A stretch of DNA of 64,000 nt. Source: a virus (lineage: Duplodnaviria > Heunggongvirae > Uroviricota > Caudoviricetes). Below, one piece after another: positions 8,919 through 17,594 of this stretch. Each line of letters begins with the position of its first letter. Position 1 is the first letter of the stretch. Location of the stretch: the IMG/VR virus record IMGVR_UViG_3300047560_002175, positions 1-64,000 of that record; one strand, written 5' to 3'. The notes under the pieces were generated by a model. The model saw nothing but the letters and a program-made list of their open reading frames with translations, was not told where the DNA came from and did no database searches. The translations under genes were made by a program, and so were the position numbers.

Positions 8919-10624
8919 TCCAATGTACAGTTTAATCCCTCCCGTGTGGCTTGAAATAAAGTTTTACCGTCTACAGTAATTTCTTCATCTACACCCGTTA
9001 TTAGTTGGAAATTAATTTTGTCACCTAATTTAGCGTACTCTCTTGCTTGTGTGCTACTAACGTTTGTATCATTAGATCTGTCACCGCTACTGACAAACTT
9101 TAATACTACGTGTTCTCTACCATTTGGTCCTCGTACATAATCGGTTGTACGAGTTGGACCACTGTTCCAGTTATTTAATGCAGTTTCTAAACTATTATTA
9201 CCTGGGCCTAACCTATCACTTCCTGCAATAAATGTCATGTGTCTATAGCCTTTATCGTATAGCCAACATGCAGCTTTCCATGGATCTGTTACAAAATCTG
9301 ACACTATAAATTCAGCATATTCCGGATGAATTTTCTTAATAAACTCAGTCTTAATATCGTAATTTAATGGATCATGTTTTGGATCACATTTGTTACTAGC
9401 AAAAATATACGCATGATTCTTACCAAGATCTACAGTTTGTTGCATTACTTTTGTATGTCCAATAGTCGGCGGATTCATTCTACCAAAGCAAAAAACTGCC
9501 ATTGGCATATTGCTTTTTGTTTCAATTTCTTCCGCTGGTATTTTGTATTTTGAAAAGTTAGCACGACTAAATTCTAACCGATTAATGATCTTTAATTTAT
9601 CATTACCGGCTCCTATTACATAGCCTTCGTGACTTATAATACTATTTATAATAGGTTGAACGGCACTGTGCAGTTGTTGCTCGTCAATCTGTCGTTTAAT
9701 ATCTAATTTAAGATTAGATATAGCACTCCATATTGCCCATAATCCTATTATACCTCTTTGAATATCTGCATTAAAACTGCCATCTTTTCTACACAGTTTT
9801 TCTCGTACACTATGGGTAAATCGAGGCTGTGCAAATTCTAAAAACCGTTCAACAATATTAGTTTCCATATCACCAGAGTTTATCATTTTAGTAATAAATG
9901 GACTCATTGCTGCAATTATACATTTGCATTTAGCCGTAGTAATTTTAGCAATACAAGCGTCTACGTTGCTGGAATGCGTTGTTATTGCATCTTGTGCGCG
10001 TAAAAGTAATGTGTTGTTTACTGTTATATTTGGTTTATTAGGCATTTGAGTTGCAATAAATGTGATATCTTTGCAATTTGAAAATACATCAAACCCTGTA
10101 ATAGGTTCGTCGGCTGCGTTTAGCCCTGGAAAGAATGTGTGTACAGCAATACCGCCTACACTATTAGAAATTGATTGTCCTAAGTCACTATTACAATCGA
10201 CATGATATTCAACAGTGTTAGGTTTAAAGATAAATTGATTGTTAATACAAGTAGGAGTTCCTGTCCATAACAAATCACCCATATAATACGTGTCTGTTAC
10301 TTTTGGAATAATATTTTCTAATGCAGGACGTAGAATATCTTCTTTAGCCCATAAGTCGCTACGTAATGAATTTCGAGAATTGTCATAATCTCGAATAGTT
10401 GTAAAGTCAAGTTTGCCAGCAGCGATTTGTTTAAACATGTGTTTATCAACAAATACTAAATTACCATTTGGATCTCGACCAAAAACTATTGCAGGAAAGC
10501 CATCCCATTTAATAGTTAATGTATCAGTGTTAAAAGAAAGACTACTTAGTTCATTAACTGCTCTCTGAGCTCCTTTAGATCCTTCTAAAATAATTAGATC
10601 TTCAGGGTGTGCAATTCCTGCCAT
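8915..10624 (-). CDS. Two-domain protein: N-terminal KxDG nucleotidyltransferase (ligase-like) motif plus C-terminal cytidylyltransferase-like (NMNAT/NadD-like) domain
   Basis: TIKWDGFPAIVFGRD near the N-terminus (KxDG at residue 39). C-terminal FGRMNPPTIGH (H-x-G-H nucleotidyltransferase motif) and VSSTQAREY (ISSTxIR-like). Confidence 0.5.
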   Translation of the reverse strand: MAGIAHPEDLIILEGSKGAQRAVNELSSLSFNTDTLTIKWDGFPAIVFGRDPNGNLVFVDKHMFKQIAAGKLDFTTIRDYDNSRNSLRSDLWAKEDILRPALENIIPKVTDTYYMGDLLWTGTPTCINNQFIFKPNTVEYHVDCNSDLGQSISNSVGGIAVHTFFPGLNAADEPITGFDVFSNCKDITFIATQMPNKPNITVNNTLLLRAQDAITTHSSNVDACIAKITTAKCKCIIAAMSPFITKMINSGDMETNIVERFLEFAQPRFTHSVREKLCRKDGSFNADIQRGIIGLWAIWSAISNLKLDIKRQIDEQQLHSAVQPIINSIISHEGYVIGAGNDKLKIINRLEFSRANFSKYKIPAEEIETKSNMPMAVFCFGRMNPPTIGHTKVMQQTVDLGKNHAYIFASNKCDPKHDPLNYDIKTEFIKKIHPEYAEFIVSDFVTDPWKAACWLYDKGYRHMTFIAGSDRLGPGNNSLETALNNWNSGPTRTTDYVRGPNGREHVVLKFVSSGDRSNDTNVSSTQAREYAKLGDKINFQLITGVDEEITVDGKTLFQATREGLNCTLE

Positions 10625-10645
10625 AATATACCTCTTATAAAAAAA

Positions 10646-11014
10646 TTAATCGTAAGTGCCGTCTTTTATATTATCAGACACGTCCTTAAACAACTGCTTA
10701 CATACTTTCTTACAAATCTTAATATCTATATCATCTGGTAATTCACGTATTGGATAATCCGTTAGATAACATTTATATGCTTTTTCTATTGTAGGTTTAA
10801 ACATTTTAAAACTAACATCTTTACCATCTTTTATTTTATCTTTGCATTTAAGAATAGTAGGATGCAAGTGTCGACGATAAACTTCGTCATTATTATGTAA
10901 ATAGTGGAGAAGATCATCGACTAAGTCAAAATCTATTTCACTACCTTTTTCAGTTTGTTTTGTAAATTGCTCACTTTTAAAGTGTGCATTTTCAAGTAAT
11001 TCGTTAATACGCAT
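10646..11014 (-). CDS. Hypothetical protein
   Basis: 122-aa ORF preceded by a TATAAATA motif. Confidence 0.4.
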   Translation of the reverse strand: MRINELLENAHFKSEQFTKQTEKGSEIDFDLVDDLLHYLHNNDEVYRRHLHPTILKCKDKIKDGKDVSFKMFKPTIEKAYKCYLTDYPIRELPDDIDIKICKKVCKQLFKDVSDNIKDGTYD

Positions 11015-11035
11015 GATAAATCCCGTGTTATTAGT

Positions 11036-11043
11036 ATATTTAT
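11036..11043 (-). promoter_or_regulatory. T4-type late promoter-like motif TATAAATA, about 22 nt upstream of the ATG at 11014
   Basis: Exact TATAAATA on the minus strand in the intergenic gap. Confidence 0.35.
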
Positions 11044-11044
11044 A

Positions 11045-11650
11045 CTAATTAAGAATCCTATCGATTGATAACTTAATATTGCCTAAATGTAATTTAACAA
11101 ATAAAAGAGTGTGTTCTCCTTTAACATATAATTGTGAGCCAGCATCATATCTATTTGGTTTTACAGATAACAACCGTTCAGTTTTTGGTTGAAGTTTAAT
11201 TTTGTCATTGTTGTTAGACCATTCTATAAACTCAGGATTAAGATTAGCTACTCCACCGAGCGTAACTCTAAAATCATATGGAGTATTTGGCATGTATACC
11301 ATTCCTCGTTCTAATCCATCTGGTGGAATACCAATTGAATCAACAAACCTTGGTATTAAATCTCGAATAGCAGTAATATCATTGTAATTGTTAGTATAGA
11401 TAATTAACGTTGGTAAATTAACTCTTGTTGCAAAGTTTTCCATATTCATTATATGTTCATATAGAAGAGTAGTTGCGTTATAATGATCTGGATAACGAAT
11501 ACTATCTATTTTAGAAACCATCTTAAGTCGTTTAGCATATTTAGACTTGTCATGTCCTTTAAAGATATCGCCATTGGCGAGAGTCAATACGATATTGTAT
11601 TGAAACTCGCCTTTGTACAATTTCTTAACAGTGGTAAACTTAATTGTCAT
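11045..11650 (-). CDS. Hypothetical protein
   Basis: 201-aa ORF. Confidence 0.4.
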   Translation of the reverse strand: MTIKFTTVKKLYKGEFQYNIVLTLANGDIFKGHDKSKYAKRLKMVSKIDSIRYPDHYNATTLLYEHIMNMENFATRVNLPTLIIYTNNYNDITAIRDLIPRFVDSIGIPPDGLERGMVYMPNTPYDFRVTLGGVANLNPEFIEWSNNNDKIKLQPKTERLLSVKPNRYDAGSQLYVKGEHTLLFVKLHLGNIKLSIDRILN

Positions 11651-13926
11651 ACTGCTTGATTAACTGCCCGTACATGATCAAGTGTTAGTACTGGCCCTTT
11701 AGTAATTACTTTAGGTTTTGCTGTTAATGAAATCTTGTCATCAACAACACTAATTGTTAACCAACCGCCGTTTTTAAGATCACCAAACAACATCATTTTA
11801 GCAAGATCGCGCTTGATCTCTTTATCAATTACACGATGTAGCGGTCTAGCACCCATCTTAGGATCAAAGCCTTTTTCTAACAACCAATTAGTTGCAGTTT
11901 TGTCAACTTTAATACGTACACCTTTGTCTTTAACTTGTTCACGAACTTCATCCATAAACTTGTTAATAACTTTAACCATTGAATCTTTACCTAATTTGCT
12001 AAAGGTAATAATACCGTCAAGTCTGTTACGGAACTCAGGAGTTAAAAACTTCTTAAGTTCTGCATCTGAATAGTCTTTTTCTTGAGTACCAAAGCCAATT
12101 TGATTCTTTTCTGCAGCTTGAGCACCAGCATTAGTGGTTAGAATTAGTACAATATGTCGACAATCTGCTTGTCTGCCGTTTGAACCTGTAATAAAACCAT
12201 TGTCCATCATTTGCAATAGTACAGTTGATACATCCGGATGTGACTTTTCAATCTCATCAAACAGCAATACTGCGTTAGGATTTTCTTGAATTTGTGTGAT
12301 CAATAACCCTGCACTGTCTTCAAAGCCAACATAACCCGGAGGACTACCAATTAATTTACTAATACTATGCTTTTCTTGATACTCAGACATATCAAAACGT
12401 AACAATTTAGTACTCAAGTGTTTAGCAAGTGCCTTAGCAGTTTCAGTTTTACCGCAACCTGTAGGCCCCATAAACACAAAACTACCAATTGGTTTATTTT
12501 CAGGTTTTAAACCTGCTTGTGCAACCATGATCTTATCAACAATTTCAGTAATTGCAGTGTCTTGGCCAAATACTTCTGTTTCAAGGGATTCTTGTAATGT
12601 GGCAATAGCACCGGTTTCAGTTTGCATAATTTGTTCAATAGGCATATTGATCATTTTTGCTAATTCAAACTGAATTTCAGGCTCAGATACGATTCTGTGT
12701 TCAGCAAGTTTTAAGTTAAATCGCGAACATGCACAGTCAATTAAGTCAATAGCTTTGTCAGGTAGCTTTTTATCCGCTTGATATTTAACAGATAATTTAA
12801 TTGCAGCCTGTAATGCATCGTCTTTGATTTTAAGTTTATGATGTCCTTCGTAGTATTTCTTAATACCTTTAAGAATCTGCAAAGTCATTTCTTGTGTAGG
12901 TTCATCAACAGTAATACGTTGGAATCTACGCATCAATGCACGATCTTTCTCAAAATGCTTACGATATTCATCCCATGTAGTTGACGCAATAACTTTGATG
13001 TTACCTTTACTAAGTGCAGGTTTCATCATATTAGCCAAGTCATTAGATGAATTACCTGAAGCACCTGCACCACTAATCATGTGTGCTTCGTCGATAAACA
13101 ATACGCATTTGCCTAATTTTTGTAGTGCTTTGATTACTTGTTTAAAGCGTTCTTCAAAGTCGCCTCTGTACTTAGATCCTGCTAACATTGCAGCAATATC
13201 AAGATTGTACACTGTATAATCTAATAAGAAATCTGGCACTGCTTCGTTGACAATATTATAAGCAAGCCCTTCAGCAATTGCAGTTTTACCTACACCTGGA
13301 TCACCTACCATAATAATATTATTTTTACTACGACGACCTAATGCTAGTGCAATATGCTCTAACTCGTCTTCTCTACCAATAACAGGATCAATCTTTTTAT
13401 TCTTAACTTCTTCATTTAAGTTAGTAGTATAAGATTGCAACGCCTTGTTAGTTGATTGATTTTTATTATCACCTACGTCATCGCCCATGTCAGTTGAATT
13501 CTGCATGTATTCGTTGAACTTTTCTTTAGTGATATTTACTTGTGATATATAGTAAAATGCCCATGTGCGCTTTTCACCTAACATTGCTAAGAAAAAGTTA
13601 GATGGTTCTATTTTTTGCCCACCATTAAACAATACCTGTGTAAATGATCTATTCAACACACGTTCAACTGCTTGTGTTTTTTTAGGTTTAACAACAACGT
13701 CAACTGTAGTAATTTCTTGACATTTAGTTTGTAAATGATTAAGTAATAAATTTTTCAAATAGTTTACGTCTGCCCCAACTCCTTGTAAAGCATTAGTAAA
13801 TGAACTATCTTCCATAAGCATCGAGCATAGAACATGTTCTAATGTTACATACTCATGGTGCATATTTTTTGCAGAGATAATAGCTTTGTCAAAAATCTCT
13901 TGTAATTTTTCGCTTGGTTCAACCAT
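11647..13926 (-). CDS. clpA: ClpA-like double AAA+ Clp ATPase (chaperone/unfoldase)
   Basis: Clp_N-like N-terminus. Two Walker A boxes, GDPGVGKTAIAEG and GPTGCGKTETAKAL. 759 aa with no long ClpB middle domain. Confidence 0.85.
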   Translation of the reverse strand: MVEPSEKLQEIFDKAIISAKNMHHEYVTLEHVLCSMLMEDSSFTNALQGVGADVNYLKNLLLNHLQTKCQEITTVDVVVKPKKTQAVERVLNRSFTQVLFNGGQKIEPSNFFLAMLGEKRTWAFYYISQVNITKEKFNEYMQNSTDMGDDVGDNKNQSTNKALQSYTTNLNEEVKNKKIDPVIGREDELEHIALALGRRSKNNIIMVGDPGVGKTAIAEGLAYNIVNEAVPDFLLDYTVYNLDIAAMLAGSKYRGDFEERFKQVIKALQKLGKCVLFIDEAHMISGAGASGNSSNDLANMMKPALSKGNIKVIASTTWDEYRKHFEKDRALMRRFQRITVDEPTQEMTLQILKGIKKYYEGHHKLKIKDDALQAAIKLSVKYQADKKLPDKAIDLIDCACSRFNLKLAEHRIVSEPEIQFELAKMINMPIEQIMQTETGAIATLQESLETEVFGQDTAITEIVDKIMVAQAGLKPENKPIGSFVFMGPTGCGKTETAKALAKHLSTKLLRFDMSEYQEKHSISKLIGSPPGYVGFEDSAGLLITQIQENPNAVLLFDEIEKSHPDVSTVLLQMMDNGFITGSNGRQADCRHIVLILTTNAGAQAAEKNQIGFGTQEKDYSDAELKKFLTPEFRNRLDGIITFSKLGKDSMVKVINKFMDEVREQVKDKGVRIKVDKTATNWLLEKGFDPKMGARPLHRVIDKEIKRDLAKMMLFGDLKNGGWLTISVVDDKISLTAKPKVITKGPVLTLDHVRAVNQAV

Positions 13927-13960
13927 TATTAGATCCTTGTGTAGTAGTTAATAAAGCAAT

Positions 13961-13989
13961 ATTATAAAGTATTTTAATTATAAAGTCAA
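13961..13989 (-). promoter_or_regulatory. Sigma70-type promoter (TTGACT-17-TATAAT) for clpA, overlapping the dnaJ terminator hairpin
   Basis: Minus strand reads TTGACTTTATAATTAAAATACTTTATAAT. The AGTCAAAT-A-ATTTGACT inverted repeat covers the -35 box. Confidence 0.55.
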
Positions 13990-14837
13990 ATAATTTGACT
14001 GTTTATTTGTTGCAATTGTGCCACCAATTCTGGTTTGGTAACTGCAGGGGTTTTTATTTTTACAACAGTAACAAATCTTCCAATCTGTCTATTGTGTAAA
14101 TTAGTAAACCCGCCGTGCGCTTTTGCATATTCTGTACCAGGTTGTACTCCTGGTTTAATAGTAATGTTATGTTTTTCACCTATTAAGTTGGTAACTTCTT
14201 TAACACAACCAATCATTGCTTCAATTGGTGAAATTTCAATTGAAGTAAATATGTCATTACCTTCGCGTCTAAAATTAGGATCAGGTATTACATTTATAGT
14301 TACATTTAAATTACCACGTGGAACACCCGGCTGTGAGTTATCTCCTAAGCCGTCATATCTAATAGTATCTCCGTTATCAATACCTGCAGGTACGTTAATT
14401 ACAACATGCTGTGGTTCTCCGCTAGGCAAGTTAATATTAGCATCTATTTGTTTTCCTTTAAATGTATCTGCTAATGTGACTTGAATTTGTAAATTTAAAT
14501 CTCGGTTACGGCGACCTTGTTGGAATCCATGTGCAAAGTGTTGTCCAAAAATATCATGCATATTAAACTGGAAGCCTCCACCGAAACTGTTACTAAATGG
14601 TCCTCCTCCACCAAATCCACCAAATCCACCAAATGGATTTCCATTTTGTTGCATATCATATTCTTGGCGTTTTTGTGGATCACTTAATGTATCATATGCT
14701 ACTGAAATATCTTTAAATGTAGCTTGGTCTCCACCTTTGTCGGGATGATGTTTATTTGCTAATGAACGATATGCTTTTTTAATATCGTCTTGTGATGCAT
14801 CTTTTGATACACCTAATTTTGAATAAAAGTCTGTCAT
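13986..14837 (-). CDS. dnaJ: DnaJ-class J-domain co-chaperone without a Zn-finger (CbpA/Sis1-like)
   Basis: DFYSKLGV...YRSLANKHHPDKGGD J-domain with HPD. G/F-rich linker GGFGGFGGGG. C-terminal substrate-binding domains. Confidence 0.85.
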   Translation of the reverse strand: MTDFYSKLGVSKDASQDDIKKAYRSLANKHHPDKGGDQATFKDISVAYDTLSDPQKRQEYDMQQNGNPFGGFGGFGGGGPFSNSFGGGFQFNMHDIFGQHFAHGFQQGRRNRDLNLQIQVTLADTFKGKQIDANINLPSGEPQHVVINVPAGIDNGDTIRYDGLGDNSQPGVPRGNLNVTINVIPDPNFRREGNDIFTSIEISPIEAMIGCVKEVTNLIGEKHNITIKPGVQPGTEYAKAHGGFTNLHNRQIGRFVTVVKIKTPAVTKPELVAQLQQINSQII

Positions 14838-14875
14838 GATTAATCTCTCATAATAAAAGGTCAGTTAGTATAGTA

Positions 14876-14904
14876 ATTATACTATACTAGAACTGACCTG
14901 TCAA
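14876..14904 (-). promoter_or_regulatory. Sigma70-type promoter (TTGACA-17-TATAAT) for dnaJ, embedded in a palindrome
   Basis: Minus strand reads TTGACAGGTCAGTTCTAGTATAGTATAAT. An imperfect inverted repeat GGTCAGTT...AACTGACC is centred on the -10 box. Confidence 0.55.
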
Positions 14905-14912
14905 GATTTTGA

Positions 14913-15158
14913 TTACTTACGTTTTTTAACTACTTTTTTTGGTGCAGGTTTAGCTGCTGGTTTTACAACTGGTTTTTTAGGTGGAACTTTTTTACCTTCA
15001 AACTTCTTGTGAACTTTGATAGTTTTACATTGTTTCTTACCTTTTACAGTTTTGCAAACTTCTTTAGTAGTTGGACCAACGTGTCCTTCTTCATGATTAG
15101 CATACGCAACTGGAGCTGCTAACATGCCAATAATAATTAATGATAATAGTTTTTTCAT
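14913..15158 (-). CDS. Secreted Lys/Pro-rich small protein (signal peptide)
   Basis: MKKLLSLIIIGMLAAPVAYA signal-like N-terminus. KPxxKP repeats. Confidence 0.45.
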   Translation of the reverse strand: MKKLLSLIIIGMLAAPVAYANHEEGHVGPTTKEVCKTVKGKKQCKTIKVHKKFEGKKVPPKKPVVKPAAKPAPKKVVKKRK

Positions 15159-15169
15159 ATTATTTCCTT

Positions 15170-15634
15170 TTATGATTTTGGAATTGGTTTAGCTGCAGGG
15201 CGTTTTCTTGCCACTTTAGGAGCTTCTTGTACAACAGGTTCTGGAGCTGGCTCTGGAATAACAACTGGTTCTGGTGCTATCACAGGAGCTGGTGCAGGCG
15301 CTGCTGGTGGAACATATACCGGTGCAGGAGCTGGTGCTGCTGGCGGTGGTGTAAAGCTGCTAAAGTCAGGTAAACTCGGACCTGCAATTTTTTCTTGTGT
15401 ACGACCGTGTGCTGAGATACCTAATACAACACCCATTGCAATGTGATAAAGACCGCCACCTTGTAATGTTAGTGGTTGCCACATATCTAAGTTTTGGCCT
15501 GGGTTATAGTATTGTAATATATTGTATAAGATTGGTCCTAAAACGAAGTCAAACAAACATGTAACCATGTATGTCATTGCCATCATTGGGCGCCAGTATC
15601 TTGTCATAAAATCCTCTTTATTTTGTTCTTCCAT
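15170..15634 (-). CDS. Membrane protein with a Pro/Ala-rich tail (holin candidate in the lysis cluster)
   Basis: Two hydrophobic segments, then PAPAPAPV repeats. Position next to the spanin and endolysin genes. Confidence 0.4.
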   Translation of the reverse strand: MEEQNKEDFMTRYWRPMMAMTYMVTCLFDFVLGPILYNILQYYNPGQNLDMWQPLTLQGGGLYHIAMGVVLGISAHGRTQEKIAGPSLPDFSSFTPPPAAPAPAPVYVPPAAPAPAPVIAPEPVVIPEPAPEPVVQEAPKVARKRPAAKPIPKS

Positions 15635-15649
15635 GTACGTTCCTTGTAT

Positions 15650-15919
15650 TTAAATCGCTTTTGCTGCGGTTGATGCAATTGTGATTGCAATTTCTATAAT
15701 TTTATTCAATTCTGCTTGTGCGTTAAGTGCTGCAGCATCTTCTATGATAATCCCTGTCGTAGAAATGTCTGATAATAATTCTTCATATTCTGAAGCACTA
15801 AGTTTTCCATTTTGATAATTGTTAGTTAGATCTTTAAGTTCTGTAGCTGCAGCCTCTAATGCATGACTTTTAACTGCATCAAATCCACTTAAACTATTTA
15901 AAATGTCTTGTGTATTCAT
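15650..15919 (-). CDS. Hypothetical protein
   Basis: 89-aa ORF. Confidence 0.35.
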   Translation of the reverse strand: MNTQDILNSLSGFDAVKSHALEAAATELKDLTNNYQNGKLSASEYEELLSDISTTGIIIEDAAALNAQAELNKIIEIAITIASTAAKAI

Positions 15920-16320
15920 CTTGGTTTACCTCCTATAGTTTGGGCAATTGTAGTTGCCGCTGTTGTTAAAATATCCATTTTTTGTTTACAATAAGCTTCA
16001 CTTATCTTTTCTGTTTTATGATATCGAACATGTAACGGTTGTGTTAAGTCCATTAGTGATTCTGATAATTTTATAGTAGCTTTATTTTCTGGTATGAATT
16101 CAGCATAGTTTTTAAATTCAATACTTTTTAAATATATACGATCTACAATAGGAACCATTTGTTGTTGGTTGCTGCAGAACTCGGAGCTTATTTGAGATAA
16201 GCTACGGATATCGTTAATTAGTTGATATTCATTTTGATCAAACTTAGCCATAAAATATGCATCCATTGCAGCGCAACCAGATAGCATACTAAGTATAATA
16301 ATTGCTAATACTTTTTTCAT
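15916..16320 (-). CDS. Lipoprotein (lipobox LSGC)
   Basis: MKKVLAIIILSMLSGCAA signal plus lipobox. Confidence 0.45.
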   Translation of the reverse strand: MKKVLAIIILSMLSGCAAMDAYFMAKFDQNEYQLINDIRSLSQISSEFCSNQQQMVPIVDRIYLKSIEFKNYAEFIPENKATIKLSESLMDLTQPLHVRYHKTEKISEAYCKQKMDILTTAATTIAQTIGGKPR

Positions 16321-16616
16321 TTTACGTCCTCATATATTTTCTTTTGTTGCGTGTACCAATCTTGCCAAGCAAGATATCGTTCTCGTAGTTCATAGTAAGA
16401 ACCGTAATTCTCACTAGCATTTTCTAATATATCACTTAGTTCCGGGTTAGTTTGAGATAATGTCTTTAACGTCGGTGCCGACTCCATCAAGGATGGAGGT
16501 ACCTTTGGGAAGCTCATTGTTAACGGCACTGTTGTAGAGCACCCTTGCAACATCAGGAACAGTACACTCGGCATTGATAATTTCTTTGTGTTCTTGAATA
16601 ATCTTTTTTGTTGCAT
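16317..16616 (-). CDS. o-spanin candidate (outer-membrane lipoprotein, Rz1-like), overlapping the i-spanin gene in another frame
   Basis: Lipobox LQGC. Pro-rich. The start lies inside the ORF 16447-16947. Confidence 0.5.
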   Translation of the reverse strand: MQQKRLFKNTKKLSMPSVLFLMLQGCSTTVPLTMSFPKVPPSLMESAPTLKTLSQTNPELSDILENASENYGSYYELRERYLAWQDWYTQQKKIYEDVK

Positions 16617-16947
16617 ATACTTTTTCCTTGATAACTTTTACTTTTTCTACTACACGAGTTTCAATTTGAACATTAACTTCTTTAGATTGTTGTTCAGCTA
16701 TTTCTATTTTTTGTTCAAGTTCTGCTACACGATTACGCCATTCCATTTCAACACCGTAACCACCTTTAAAGTAAACACCGGCAACTAATAAGATTGTTGA
16801 CAGTATATTTAACAATAACTGATATTGGTTAAGGAATGGTATGTACTTAATAAAAAATCCTGCTATAGTACCAATAGCACCTAATAGCAGGACTGTATTA
16901 ACTACCCAAAGTAAATATGCATCAGGGAGGAAATGTAAGAAAAACAT
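16447..16947 (-). CDS. i-spanin-like protein (N-terminal TM segments plus periplasmic coiled coil); alternatively a holin
   Basis: Hydrophobic N-terminus. AELEQKIEIAEQQSKEVNVQIE coiled coil. Directly downstream of the endolysin. Confidence 0.5.
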   Translation of the reverse strand: MFFLHFLPDAYLLWVVNTVLLLGAIGTIAGFFIKYIPFLNQYQLLLNILSTILLVAGVYFKGGYGVEMEWRNRVAELEQKIEIAEQQSKEVNVQIETRVVEKVKVIKEKVYATKKIIQEHKEIINAECTVPDVARVLYNSAVNNELPKGTSILDGVGTDVKDIISN

Positions 16948-17594
16948 TATGCACTCAATACTTTGATTGCGTTAGCATAGTGGTGTTTTCTGTCTTCTAA
17001 CCCAATAGTTCCGCCATTAATTCTTTTTGTTAAAGTAACAATGTCACCTTTGTCTGCCCATTGATTTAAATTATTAGTTTCCCAGAACCAGCAAGCACTT
17101 TGTACTGCACCTTCAAATGTTTCTAAATATTCAATTGTTTCATCGATATCCATTTCTAAGCTTTCTGCAAAACGAGTATAGTTGTCTTTACCGGTTAATT
17201 GGATAAGCCCACGCCCACAGAATTTAAATCCGTCACCAGTTGATTCATCGCCATTCCCCATACGACCGCCATACACTTTGCTTGCAATTTTTTGTGGATT
17301 TCCAGCATATGATTCTGCTAATGCATCGGTTGGGAAATATTTAGGGAATACTTTTCTCAATGTTGCTGCACGATAGTTTAAGTTTTCTTTCAATGCAGTG
17401 TAGTTTCCACTTTCGTGAGCAGTTTGAGCTAAAAATGCAGCAACTCGTTCTTTGCTCCAGATATCGTATTCTGGTAAGATTGAGCTTAATGCATCATACC
17501 ATTCTGCGATGTAAGGGTTGCCTGGTATAATTTTTGCTAAGTGTTCTTGTGTAAATGTAAATGCCATTATTTTTTCTCCAATGCTACAGCCCAT
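16947..17594 (-). CDS. Endolysin, glycoside hydrolase family 19 (chitinase-like lysozyme)
   Basis: FLAQTAHESG, GRGLIQLTGKDNY and INGG..G..DR motifs. The true start is possibly at the internal MAFTF. Confidence 0.8.
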   Translation of the reverse strand: MGCSIGEKIMAFTFTQEHLAKIIPGNPYIAEWYDALSSILPEYDIWSKERVAAFLAQTAHESGNYTALKENLNYRAATLRKVFPKYFPTDALAESYAGNPQKIASKVYGGRMGNGDESTGDGFKFCGRGLIQLTGKDNYTRFAESLEMDIDETIEYLETFEGAVQSACWFWETNNLNQWADKGDIVTLTKRINGGTIGLEDRKHHYANAIKVLSA

